Positions 9,486 through 19,345 of a stretch of 64,000 bases of DNA are shown piece after piece (within the stretch, counting starts at the first letter, position 1; each line of letters opens with the position of its first letter). A program made the position numbers and the translations under genes. Below the pieces are notes generated by a model, which ran no database searches, was not told where the DNA came from, and was given only the letters and a program-made list of their open reading frames with translations. The DNA lies in the IMG/VR virus record IMGVR_UViG_3300008117_000011, positions 159,672 to 223,671 of that record, one strand, 5' to 3'.

Positions 9486-11523
9486 TTAATCTTTATTAGT
9501 AAGTCTTGGTCCTGTTAAATTATACCTATTTTCAACATCCATAATTCTTGATCTAATCAAATTAATGTTGTTATTACTTTCAGCACCTGTAAACCACTTT
9601 TCAACACCTTGTGATATTAATGTTGTTAGTGCTTGATTTTGTAAATTAGGGTCCATTGTTACATTTACATCAACTTTTATATTTTCATTAATATCAATTG
9701 GCTTAAATTCAATCGCATTTAAATTTTGTGAGATTGATTGACTTGAAATTTTTTGTTCAACTTGAAATTTTTTGTTCAACTTTGTTTAATGTTGTATTTG
9801 TACCTCCTCCCATTTCTTGAAAATTACTATATGGGTCGGTTGTTGATCCACCGATTCCGAACTCTTTTGCTTTTTCGGCAATATAATCATATGTACCACC
9901 AAAAATATCTTTAATATTTTTACCTAAATTATCTATCATATTTTGTGCTCCAGTAAAATCAAAATTAGTTAAATCAAAACTACTTAAACTTGTCATAACG
10001 TTACTTAAGTCTGTCACAAGAGTTTTTGCCACATTTGCCAAAACTTCAGTACCTTTTTCGCCACCAAATTTCCTCCAGGTTTCAGTTTCGGTGTACATAG
10101 GTGTAACAAAACCTTCAGTACCTAATCTTTTATCACCAAAAAGTTTTTCTCTAGTGGTTGTTGTTGCAAAATCATAACCAGCAAGAACATCTTTTTTTGT
10201 TGCAATTCCCATTCCAATTGCTTCAACTAAAGATTTAAAATTTGCATTTAATTTTGTTTGTTCACTTAATTGGTCAAAGGCAATTTCTTCCATTGATTTG
10301 CCTCGTAGTTCTTGATCTTTTTTGATGTTTTCAAGTTCTTTCACTGTGAGTTGTGAAGCTTCAACTGTTCTATATTCACCAGTTCTATTACCTTCTGCGT
10401 CTAATTTTGCAACTTTGATTTCAGCAACACCTTGTGCGTTTACTTCAGCTAAAGTTGCGATAAGTTCTCTATCTTCTTTTGATGCAATACTTGATGGGAA
10501 TCTAATTTGTTTCATTTTCATATCAAGATTAGCGGCGTTAAGGGCCATTTTTTGAATTGCCCCATCAGCTAGTCCAAGTTCTTTTCCGATTTCATTTAAT
10601 CTTCTTTTTTCACCTGGCATAATTTCAAATTGGCCTAATTCTTTGTTAAAACGAACAAAATCTTTTGACATATTAACAATTTGATTTTGAAGTTCTGTTG
10701 GGTCATTTTGAGATAGATCCATCAATCGTAATGGGTCTAAAAGAGCGTTTGCTGAAACCCCTAGTCTTTGCATTGCTGCAGCAGTTTCTATAGCACCTTT
10801 AGGGTCAAATACTTTATCTACAATTGTAAATATTTGTGACATATCAATTCCCAATTTTGAGGCTTGCGCTGACATTTTTGCGAGGCCTTTAACGCCACCC
10901 TCAAAATTATAGATATTCATTTTATCTAGATTTTTGACGACTTGTTCGGATACTGCCGAAACTGAAACACCTGCCTGTCTTGCGATTTCTGCAACCTGTG
11001 TCATATTTTCACCAACTTCTTGAATACTAATACCAACACCTCTAAATCCACCAGCTAAATCCTTTGCATTAATATTAGTTACTTTTGCTGTCGCACCAAG
11101 TTCAAGTAAATCTTGATCAGATACTGAAATATCAGTTTTAAATGTATCAGCTAGAGCTTGATATGTCTTTCCAACGTCAGCAGTCTCAAGACCTATTGAT
11201 GCAAATTTAGACGCACCATCTGCAATTAATTTTTTAAATTCATCAACTTTTTGTGAACCTAAACCAATAAAACCTCTTAATCTAGCTTGTTCATCATCTA
11301 AAAATCTAGATGTTTTTAGAATACCAGAAGTACTAACAAGGGCATTACCAATATCAGCAAAATATTGTGATGCCTCCTTTAAACCATCTCTACCTTTGGC
11401 AATATTAGCATAGAAACCTTCAGTAAATGATTTTGTTAGTATATCACCTTTTATTCCTGCCGAATCACCGGTACCAGATTTACCTTCAACATCAGAACCT
11501 TCTGTACTTTGGAACATTAACAT
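9486..11523 (-). CDS. Tape measure protein (~672 aa if repaired), split by a 19 bp tandem duplication
   Basis: Ala/Lys/Gln-rich helical protein right after tube and chaperone; ORFs 9757..11523 and 9486..9779 both contain VEQKISS and join in frame when one repeat copy is removed. Confidence 0.75.
9741..9778. repeat. Perfect 19 bp tandem duplication acttgaaattttttgttca x2
   Basis: Read directly at 9741-9759 and 9760-9778. Confidence 0.95.
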
Positions 11524-11548
11524 TTTTTATTTTATAAATACTTTCTTA

Positions 11549-11698
11549 TCATTTTTTATCTTCAAGTAACTTGTCAATGGTATACTTTCTAAAATAGGTG
11601 GGCATTATCAAATAATCACTATATGATAGATGAAGCATTTTTGCTAAAAAAATGTATTCGTCAATAATAATTTTTCTATACTCAGAAGAAAGGCCGAA
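11549..11698 (-). CDS. Unannotated 49-codon ORF, gp51/gpT-like; probable +1 frameshift extension of the tail chaperone
   Basis: Reads FGLSSEYRKIIIDEYIFLAKMLHLSYSDYLIMPTYFRKYTIDKLLEDKK then TGA TAA; fills the gap between chaperone and tape measure; no start codon at its 5' end. Confidence 0.7.
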   Translation of the reverse strand, partial: FGLSSEYRKIIIDEYIFLAKMLHLSYSDYLIMPTYFRKYTIDKLLEDKK

Positions 11699-12446
11699 AA
11701 AATTCAACCCCAAAAGTAATGTTTACCATTACTCTTTCTCCAGACGGGGCTATAACTTCTTTGTTTAAATCTAATCTTGGTTCATTGTTTACCAAAAATG
11801 ATCTTATATATTTAGAATCCATTATAGGCATTGACTCAACAAATTTTCCAATTTCAGATCTGTCTTGTGATCCGTTTATTTCAACAATTTGTTTGGCAAG
11901 TCTTAATGTTATAATTGGTGCTGTTCTTCCTTGAGGGTATGAATCAACAATACTTTCAATTTCAAGCGAATCCCTAAGTGTTAAAAGTTTTAATTTAACA
12001 GTCGCCTTACTTCTTGGTAAAGTTGTTGTAAATGTACCATCAGTATCTGGTTGTGCTTCACATTTTTTGATATCCATCTCATCTAGTAAAATTGATGATT
12101 CAAATTTTTTCTCAGTTTTTGGGTCAATAAGTGTTACTTTATATTCCGGACCAAAAGATGTGTTTCTTAAAAATAAAAGTATTGCTTCAATATCACCATC
12201 AAGCAAATCTTCCGGACGAAGATCTGGTTCGTAAAGTTTATTTCTTAATAGTGGTAATACAATTGTTTCTTTAATTGTTTTATTACCCTCAATATTAAGT
12301 AATATATTCTCATCGCTTGCGGTTAAATAACCCACTTTAACTGATTTCTTTTTTGATGGGTAAAAAATACCACCTGATGGTAATGGTACAACATCGTGTG
12401 GTAAGTTAAAATTCATTTGTCCAGCATCATTTACACTTATATCCAT
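11682..12446 (-). CDS. Tail assembly chaperone / T4 gp26-like hub assembly protein
   Basis: LPSGGIFY, LTASDENIL, GDIEAILLFLR..SFG.EY, C-terminal EFFRP; sits between tube and tape measure. Confidence 0.75.
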   Translation of the reverse strand: MDISVNDAGQMNFNLPHDVVPLPSGGIFYPSKKKSVKVGYLTASDENILLNIEGNKTIKETIVLPLLRNKLYEPDLRPEDLLDGDIEAILLFLRNTSFGPEYKVTLIDPKTEKKFESSILLDEMDIKKCEAQPDTDGTFTTTLPRSKATVKLKLLTLRDSLEIESIVDSYPQGRTAPIITLRLAKQIVEINGSQDRSEIGKFVESMPIMDSKYIRSFLVNNEPRLDLNKEVIAPSGERVMVNITFGVEFFRPFF

Positions 12447-12490
12447 AACTTTTTTATTATAAAAATACTTGACTTATGTTTTTTGTAAAT

Positions 12491-12520
12491 AAAAAATCCC
12501 ATACTTGAAATATGGGATTA
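12491..12520 (-). terminator. Rho-independent terminator after the tail tube gene
   Basis: Stem aatcccata/tatgggatt with a 7 nt loop, followed by a U-run on the minus strand. Confidence 0.7.
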
Positions 12521-12541
12521 GTAAAAATATGTAAAAAATAA

Positions 12542-13030
12542 TTAGTACACGAGTATACAACGATCCATTCGTAAACCACAAGTAATATCAGCAAGTGCAT
12601 CTTGACTATAAGATAATGTACCAAAGTTAGCTGAAGTTAAAAATGTTCCTTCTAGAATCCACTTCTCAACAACAACACCTGTTGGATCTAACATCTCAAG
12701 GTCAACATTTTTCTTATATCCTGCAGCATAACCCATACGACCAGTTACTGATTCAGCACATAAACGAACCCATTCCATAAGTGCTTGTGAGGCTGATGGT
12801 CCAATTGGGTCACGGAATTTAACTGAAATTTCATCCCAAGTAAATCTACCTGCAACATATGTTGAGGTGTTTAGGAACTGAATCTCAGTTGGGTTTATTT
12901 TTATTGAAGGCCGAGACGCACTTTCTACATACCATTCATTTATACCCAAACTTGATGGAAATCTCAAGATAAACCTGTTCTGTCGTTTGGGCTCATACGG
13001 AACCGGCATCTTCATTAATAAATCAGCCAT
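12542..13030 (-). CDS. Tail tube protein (T4 gp19-like)
   Basis: 162 aa; EPKRQNRF, AGRFTW, LMEW, YKKNVDLEMLDPTGVVVEKW; downstream of sheath. Confidence 0.9.
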   Translation of the reverse strand: MADLLMKMPVPYEPKRQNRFILRFPSSLGINEWYVESASRPSIKINPTEIQFLNTSTYVAGRFTWDEISVKFRDPIGPSASQALMEWVRLCAESVTGRMGYAAGYKKNVDLEMLDPTGVVVEKWILEGTFLTSANFGTLSYSQDALADITCGLRMDRCILVY

Positions 13031-13095
13031 AGTTTTTTAATTTTTAATTATGTTTATTTTTTATTATAAATATATCCGTAATAAATTTTTTCTAT

Positions 13096-14049
13096 TTACT
13101 TTGATTTAATTTTGGATACAATTCTATTAATTAAGTTCTCTATTATTATTCCTTCATTTAATTCCTCTTCTTTATTATCAGTTTCTATATGAATTTTTGT
13201 ATATCCTCCTTCTGAAGTATCTTGAATTATAAATTTAACTTCTGGATACATCCTTGATAATTCATTTCTTACAAATTCTATCATAGCTTTAACATTCCTT
13301 GGGTCATCGTCTGAAAACCCTAATGAAGCACTAACATATTTGCCACTTCTAATTAAGTCGTCATATTTTGAAATAAAGTCCGCGAGGGCCACCTTTTTGT
13401 TATGTTCAGGGTTTGCCGCACCACCACTAACTTCTAAACCAAATCTTTCTCCAAACTCCGGAGATGAAACCGGGTAGTAATCCCCTTTTTCGTCAAGATA
13501 TAAATCAAGAATTTGATTTTTATCCAAATACTCTAATTTTTCAATAAAATCATCACTAAATTCATTTTCGTGTTTTAAAGTGTCAATAATATTTTCTAAC
13601 ATTTTTTCTTTTTCTTCTGGTGACAATACTAAATGAATAAACATTTTAACACCCTTTTTAAGTACTTCTGGGTTGTGACCTCTAGCTGTAATAATTGAAA
13701 ATGGATTAGCGTAAATTAAACTTTCTTTAAATTTGTTAAAACTTGGGGATTTTTTATTTTTAAGTATTGCCTCTTTTGAGTCTCTTAAAAAAGTGTCCGG
13801 TAATGTAAAATCAATAAAAGCCTCTTTTGGGTTGTTATTTCTTACTCTATAATCTGGTTCTGTTCTAATCTCCGCAAATTTTTCAGTTGACACCTCAATT
13901 GGTTTCCATCTTTTACCAACTTTTTGATCCATTTTGATTTTGGTCGGCATTTGTAAAATATTATCGTCCCAGTCAAAAGCATAGAGTCTTAACTTTCTAT
14001 TGCTTTTCATCTCTAAAAGAATTTCTCTAACTAATTTTTTGTGATTCAT
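13096..14049 (-). CDS. HAD-superfamily phosphatase-like protein
   Basis: Motif I FDWDDN, motif II ITARG, conserved Lys (HNKK), motif IV GFSDDD. Confidence 0.7.
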   Translation of the reverse strand: MNHKKLVREILLEMKSNRKLRLYAFDWDDNILQMPTKIKMDQKVGKRWKPIEVSTEKFAEIRTEPDYRVRNNNPKEAFIDFTLPDTFLRDSKEAILKNKKSPSFNKFKESLIYANPFSIITARGHNPEVLKKGVKMFIHLVLSPEEKEKMLENIIDTLKHENEFSDDFIEKLEYLDKNQILDLYLDEKGDYYPVSSPEFGERFGLEVSGGAANPEHNKKVALADFISKYDDLIRSGKYVSASLGFSDDDPRNVKAMIEFVRNELSRMYPEVKFIIQDTSEGGYTKIHIETDNKEEELNEGIIIENLINRIVSKIKSK

Positions 14050-14070
14050 AATAATAAATATTATATAAAT

Positions 14071-14100
14071 AAAAAAAGGGAGAACTTGTCCCCCTTTTTC
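14071..14100 (-). terminator. Rho-independent terminator after the tail sheath gene
   Basis: aaaaaaagggaga-acttg-tccccctttttc hairpin flanked by A/T runs. Confidence 0.65.
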
Positions 14101-14115
14101 CTTATTCTATTTTTA

Positions 14116-17100
14116 TCACACATCCTCAAACGAAGCACCTGTTGGTGTGATGTAGAAGGTAATGTCAATAAATTCAAGAGATTTTGTAGGTTTGATATAG
14201 ATTTTACCAACAAGTTGGTTTTTATCTAAATCTTCTGTACTATTAGAAACTGTTACTCTAAAGTCATACAAACCTCTATCTCTTCTAATTGCATCAAGAA
14301 TTGGGTTAACCGCATTCAAGAAGTCCTGTCTTACTTGTTGATCATTTTGATCAAACAATAGCCTTACAGAAACCGCAGAAATCAACTTACGAGCTTGTAG
14401 TAACAATCTTCTTACGTTAATTCTGTCAAGAGCAGATTCTCTTACTTGTAGAGTTTTGTTACCCCAGATTACAGTACCAACATCAGAGAAAGTTGCAATT
14501 GGGTTAATTCTACCAAGGTAAAGAACATCTCTATCTTCTTGTGTCAACTTCTTACGAGCTTTAACCGCATTAACAATACCACGAGTATAACCAGCGGCCG
14601 CAAACCAAGGGAATGCAATGTTATCAGTTAACGCCAAGTTTCTTGTAACTTCAGCTGTTGGTGGTATGTAGATTTGTGTATTATTCACAGTATCTCTTGT
14701 TAATACCCAAGGATAATAAGTTGCTGTGTAGTTAGAATCAATTCCTGTTTCTTCTAACAAGTCAACAGCTTCTTGTGGGTAAATTAAACCATCAGATTCA
14801 GTTGTTGTTGCTTGGAACATATTAAAGTCTGGCATTGTTGTTACATAAAGTGAGTCAGCTCTTTCGTTCTCAATCATATCAATTGTACCCTCAACAAGAC
14901 CGGAGTTATTGTAAAGATCAATACCCGGTGTTGTAAATACATTGATGTTAACAGCTTCAGGATTTGCAAATGTTCTAATACCTAACATATAAGCATAGTA
15001 ATCTGTGTTACCGTATTCCACACTACCATCACCGATAGATATTTGTTTGAATAGTCCGTTTCCAGTACCATTAGGGTATCTTGTTGATGTGCACGCTCCT
15101 TTTAAGAAACCAGATCTACCAAGAGTAAACTTATCTGCGTTTGTTCTATATTCTCTATAGATGTCCCATCCGTCAAATCCACCATAAACAAATACTGTGA
15201 ATTTTCTTGAGTTTAATCTGTAGTAAGGATTCTCAGGGTCAGTTGGTTCAGAAGAGAATGATGTATTACCAACCTCAAACGCTGGAGTTCCAGATGATGC
15301 GTAAACACTTGAAATTGTTACAGCACTAGCGAATTGGTCCATATGGTATCCTTTTGTTTGGAAATCCCATTCAACACCTTCACCAGTACAAAGATTAAGA
15401 GGTCGTCTTTTTCCTTTATATTGGAAGAAATCACTATCGTAACCCCAGAATGATGAAAGTCCAAGATATGTTCTTCTTACGTTATCCCCAGGACTTGTAA
15501 ATACATCGTCAATTCCGTTAGATAATCCAAATGGTGGGTTATAAACAACTTCACCAGGTATATCATATTTAGTTTTGTAAACTGGGAATGGAGATGTTAC
15601 TCCCGGATATTCTCTAAATGTATAACCTCTAAATCCACAAGGAAGAGCGTCAATTGGTGCGTCCTCATTCATCTCTATTAAAATGTATTTAGAATTCAAC
15701 ACGTATTCACCATCAAGAGTTCCTACTTTTTTAGCGATGAAATTATTTTCTTGTGGGTTCATAGAACAATTTGTGAACTTTTCAAGAACTGTTGGGTTAG
15801 CATCACTATCAAAATAATCTCTAATCAATAATGTGAATGTTAAATTATTAAATGAAATATCAGAAATTGACACTTTAATTTCAGTGTTTGCTGAATTACC
15901 ATCAGAAATGCTATAAACTTTAAATAAGTTGAATACTTTATTACCTCTAACTTCAGAAACAACCCAAGGTGTTACAGGGGACTGGAATCTATCTAAATAC
16001 CATCCAATTGTATTAGGGTCATTTGCTTGAGCTTCTTCTGTTGTTACAAGTTCAGAACTTAATCCTCTAATAAATCCTTTATTCCATCCATAACTTAAAA
16101 GAGTTTGGAAATTTTCTTCAACCATAAGTGGTGTTTGTAATCTTGGTTTACCAAAGTTACTTTTCCCAAATACTTTATTGATATTTTTAGAGTCGTTTGA
16201 AGACAATGAAACCTCAAAGTCAAAATCAGTACCAACTTTATTTGTCGCATTGATTGCAAATTTAGCGAAAGGATTTTTCTTAACTGAAGAATAAACACCT
16301 GTCATATCTAAAGTAACATCAGTAACACCAGTGATTTCGTAAACTGGGTTAACATCAGTACTATAAGTTGAGATACCTCTTGATCTTAAAGTTACAACAA
16401 CTAAGTCATCATATTCAGTGTATGATGTTCCAGTGTAATAATAGATAACACCAGTAACATTACCAGAATAGCACTCATTTACAATTGGGGCTGTTGGTGT
16501 TGGCGTTGGTGGAACTGGAGTTAAAGTAACACAAGGATCTGGTGTTGGTGTTGGCGTTGGTGCCGCACTTGTTGTTGTGGTTGTAACCGGTGTTATATTT
16601 GTTAAATCCGTTACTGTTGTAAAGAATGAATAACCAGTATAAAGACCTGAACCAACATTGTCCATAAGGGCATAATACCAAGCATCGTTAAGTGGTGATG
16701 AAGTGTCTAAAGATTCAAAAGGAATTGACTCAACACCAAAAACATTTGTTTCTTGTGTATATCCTGTTGTACTTAAATATGTGTAATCACTTTCTGGTAT
16801 AGCACCAAAATAGTAAACAACCTCATCTTCCGCAGTTGATGGGTTACTACTTGTTATCACATCTGAGACCATTAAACTAATTTGGTCATCAAGAGTTGTG
16901 ATGTCACCATCTAACTCTTCATATTCCTCAGTCAACATACTTTCAATGTCAGACGGAAAAGCACCTAAGAATAATACGTTAGTTGGATTGAGTGTACAAG
17001 CACTAAAAGGAATTGAGAATGACAATTCTTTTTTAACAACACATACTGGTTCACAATCAACTGTTACACCACTTAAACAAAAATAATCCAATGTTTTAGG

Positions 17101-17451
17101 ATCTAAGTTAGCTTTAGTTACAATTGACCAAGATGGACCCGCATCATATCCGGATAATCCTAATATTCTTGTTACAAATAATTGATTTGATTGTTGTAAA
17201 TATGACTTAGCAATATATGCCGCTTCATATTTAGGGATTTGTGTATTTACAAATTTTTCTGGTGAAGTTCCACCGAAATAAACTTGGAATTCGTCGTAGT
17301 TCTTAACAAAGATTGGTTCAAATGCTGGACCCCTTAAAGTCTCACCGGCAATACCTAATGTGGTAACACCAACACTTTGTGCAACGAAACTCAAATCTAC
17401 TTCAGAAGTGTACACACCTGGTGATACAAAAACTTTACTGTTAGTAGCCAT
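14116..17451 (-). CDS. Contractile tail sheath protein (gp18-like), 1111 aa
   Basis: N-terminal FVSPGVYTSEVD; C-terminal YYPW, PWFAAAGYTRG, INPI, IWGNKTLQ, RINVRRLLL, PTKSLEFI. Confidence 0.95.
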   Translation of the reverse strand: MATNSKVFVSPGVYTSEVDLSFVAQSVGVTTLGIAGETLRGPAFEPIFVKNYDEFQVYFGGTSPEKFVNTQIPKYEAAYIAKSYLQQSNQLFVTRILGLSGYDAGPSWSIVTKANLDPKTLDYFCLSGVTVDCEPVCVVKKELSFSIPFSACTLNPTNVLFLGAFPSDIESMLTEEYEELDGDITTLDDQISLMVSDVITSSNPSTAEDEVVYYFGAIPESDYTYLSTTGYTQETNVFGVESIPFESLDTSSPLNDAWYYALMDNVGSGLYTGYSFFTTVTDLTNITPVTTTTTSAAPTPTPTPDPCVTLTPVPPTPTPTAPIVNECYSGNVTGVIYYYTGTSYTEYDDLVVVTLRSRGISTYSTDVNPVYEITGVTDVTLDMTGVYSSVKKNPFAKFAINATNKVGTDFDFEVSLSSNDSKNINKVFGKSNFGKPRLQTPLMVEENFQTLLSYGWNKGFIRGLSSELVTTEEAQANDPNTIGWYLDRFQSPVTPWVVSEVRGNKVFNLFKVYSISDGNSANTEIKVSISDISFNNLTFTLLIRDYFDSDANPTVLEKFTNCSMNPQENNFIAKKVGTLDGEYVLNSKYILIEMNEDAPIDALPCGFRGYTFREYPGVTSPFPVYKTKYDIPGEVVYNPPFGLSNGIDDVFTSPGDNVRRTYLGLSSFWGYDSDFFQYKGKRRPLNLCTGEGVEWDFQTKGYHMDQFASAVTISSVYASSGTPAFEVGNTSFSSEPTDPENPYYRLNSRKFTVFVYGGFDGWDIYREYRTNADKFTLGRSGFLKGACTSTRYPNGTGNGLFKQISIGDGSVEYGNTDYYAYMLGIRTFANPEAVNINVFTTPGIDLYNNSGLVEGTIDMIENERADSLYVTTMPDFNMFQATTTESDGLIYPQEAVDLLEETGIDSNYTATYYPWVLTRDTVNNTQIYIPPTAEVTRNLALTDNIAFPWFAAAGYTRGIVNAVKARKKLTQEDRDVLYLGRINPIATFSDVGTVIWGNKTLQVRESALDRINVRRLLLQARKLISAVSVRLLFDQNDQQVRQDFLNAVNPILDAIRRDRGLYDFRVTVSNSTEDLDKNQLVGKIYIKPTKSLEFIDITFYITPTGASFEDV

Positions 17452-17571
17452 AGTTTTAAAAATGTTTTATTAATTTATTTTAATAATAAATATTAGTAAT
17501 TTTCGTAAAAACTTTACTTCTTATAAACTATTTATATTTTGGTAAGAATTTTTTCTACCTTTTTTCTACCT

Positions 17572-17736
17572 ATGGAAAATAAGCCAAAAAAGATAAAAAA
17601 TTTAAAGATTTCTGTTGAAGCTCATAACACTCTAAAGAGTTATTGTGATAAACGTGGTATCAAAATGTATAAGTTTTTAGAGAACTTAATCTTTGAGAAA
17701 TGTAAAGAAAAAAGAGATATCTACGGAGAGAATTAA
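17572..17736 (+). CDS. Small ribbon-helix-helix-like DNA-binding protein
   Basis: IKNLKIS..AHNTLKSYC...GIKMYKFLENLI strand-helix-helix pattern; ATG at 17572 preferred over the upstream TTG. Confidence 0.6.
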   Translation: MENKPKKIKNLKISVEAHNTLKSYCDKRGIKMYKFLENLIFEKCKEKRDIYGEN

Positions 17737-18770
17737 ATTAGTTGTTGCATGTATGTTATCTTTGCAACCTCAGTAGCATTTACCCTAACAATTTGTAATG
17801 ATAAAGTATCGTTTGTATTGATTTGTATTTGACTAAGATTTTCACCATAATAATCACCATTAATATAAACTTGGAATGAACTTACATTTTCAGATGACAT
17901 AAGTTCTAAATTAAATGTGTAGTTAATTAACTCCTCAGTTTCATCGGTTGTTGTTGGGAATACAAATTCAAACACCTGTGGCTCCGGTGGATTTTCTTGT
18001 CGTTTCTTTCTTTTCTTATATGGAGTTTCAGTTTCAAATATTTGAAACGTCCTTGTAATTGCGGGACTTACCTCAAACTGATCCTCGTCAATTAAAAATC
18101 CCATCATTGTGAATTCATACTTTTGAATGTAGTATTTTCTTTTTTCAAGTTCCATCACCGATTCATCAGCAATACTATTAAGTTTTAATGGTATATAATG
18201 TCCTTTTATTGTTTGATAAGATTGTAATGATGAAAATTTCTCAAGAATAATTTGATTAAATTTATTAATCTCTCTCATTCTATTACAAACAATTGCAACT
18301 GTATATGTAATGTCACAAGGAACCGGTTGTGGTATTTTATAAATGTCATACCCATTTTTATTTCCGTCCCAAGTTGGTACTTTCATATAAAAGTATAATT
18401 TTCTATTCGGAATATTATAAACTATCGCCGGATTATTTCCGTATTTGACCTCCGGAGTTCTAATTACTGTTATGAATGGTGGTTCTGTATTTTTATCAAT
18501 GTTTTGGAAGTCCCAAGTCTCTGTAAATTGTGCCCAGTTTTGTGTTGTAATTAAAATATCAATCATTGGAATTGTTTTTCCCTCAACAACACAAGTTAGT
18601 TGGTCTCTTACAAAATCTAAAAACCCTCTATCAAGATCTGCATGTAGTAAACTTTTAGGAAGAAATGTTCCATCGGCCTCAATCATATCACGAAGTTCTC
18701 TTCTTCTAGGTAAAAGAGTTTTTTCCTCCGTAAGTGGGATATATTTTTTTATTTTTTTAGGTAAAGCCAT
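17733..18770 (-). CDS. Tail terminator / sheath stabiliser-like (gp15-like) structural protein
   Basis: Directly upstream of sheath; DLDRGF, PQPVPCDITY pattern; called mainly from gene order. Confidence 0.55.
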   Translation of the reverse strand: MALPKKIKKYIPLTEEKTLLPRRRELRDMIEADGTFLPKSLLHADLDRGFLDFVRDQLTCVVEGKTIPMIDILITTQNWAQFTETWDFQNIDKNTEPPFITVIRTPEVKYGNNPAIVYNIPNRKLYFYMKVPTWDGNKNGYDIYKIPQPVPCDITYTVAIVCNRMREINKFNQIILEKFSSLQSYQTIKGHYIPLKLNSIADESVMELEKRKYYIQKYEFTMMGFLIDEDQFEVSPAITRTFQIFETETPYKKRKKRQENPPEPQVFEFVFPTTTDETEELINYTFNLELMSSENVSSFQVYINGDYYGENLSQIQINTNDTLSLQIVRVNATEVAKITYMQQLI

Positions 18771-18773
18771 TTA

Positions 18774-19286
18774 TTATAATCCTCTAAATTCATTAGGTCC
18801 AACAGGAGCCGCAGTGATACTTTTATAGAATGGACGAATTCCTCTGTATGTGTGTTTAAAATCAGAAGTTACTCTACCATCATTTACAACAGTATAATAT
18901 CTTACAAAATTTTCACTATCATAATATCCTATATAATCACCAAGATCAATATCAATCCCTAAATCTTCTAAAGTTTTTAGATAAACAGATATCGTAATGT
19001 TTCCGGGTTCAAGTTGTGCATTTTTTGTTGTTCCAACCGTTTTATTTTCTGGTGCCAATACTTGGATATACGCATTAAACTCAATTGGTGGCAAAAACTT
19101 TATACCATCTGAAACAGTTTCACCATACACATCATCTGTTTTTGTTTTTAACCTATCAACTTTATATAACACACAAGTAAAATTTAAATCACCAATTAAC
19201 CATTCTTGACCCATTTCTATTTCAAGATTAAAATCGGTATCCCCAAAAAATTTACCAAGTCTTGTTACAGGAATTCTATTTTCCAT
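18774..19286 (-). CDS. Head closure / neck protein (gp14-like)
   Basis: DDVYGE motif, beta-rich, LEDLGIDIDLGD; next to the gp15-like gene. Confidence 0.55.
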   Translation of the reverse strand: MENRIPVTRLGKFFGDTDFNLEIEMGQEWLIGDLNFTCVLYKVDRLKTKTDDVYGETVSDGIKFLPPIEFNAYIQVLAPENKTVGTTKNAQLEPGNITISVYLKTLEDLGIDIDLGDYIGYYDSENFVRYYTVVNDGRVTSDFKHTYRGIRPFYKSITAAPVGPNEFRGL

Positions 19287-19345
19287 ATTGATTATTTATT
19301 GATAAATATTCTTTTTTTGTTTATTTTTATATATATTATTTAGTT

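Noticed and set aside
9486-9779. Independent 97 aa gene
   Set aside because: It is the C-terminus of the tape measure protein, separated by the 19 bp duplication
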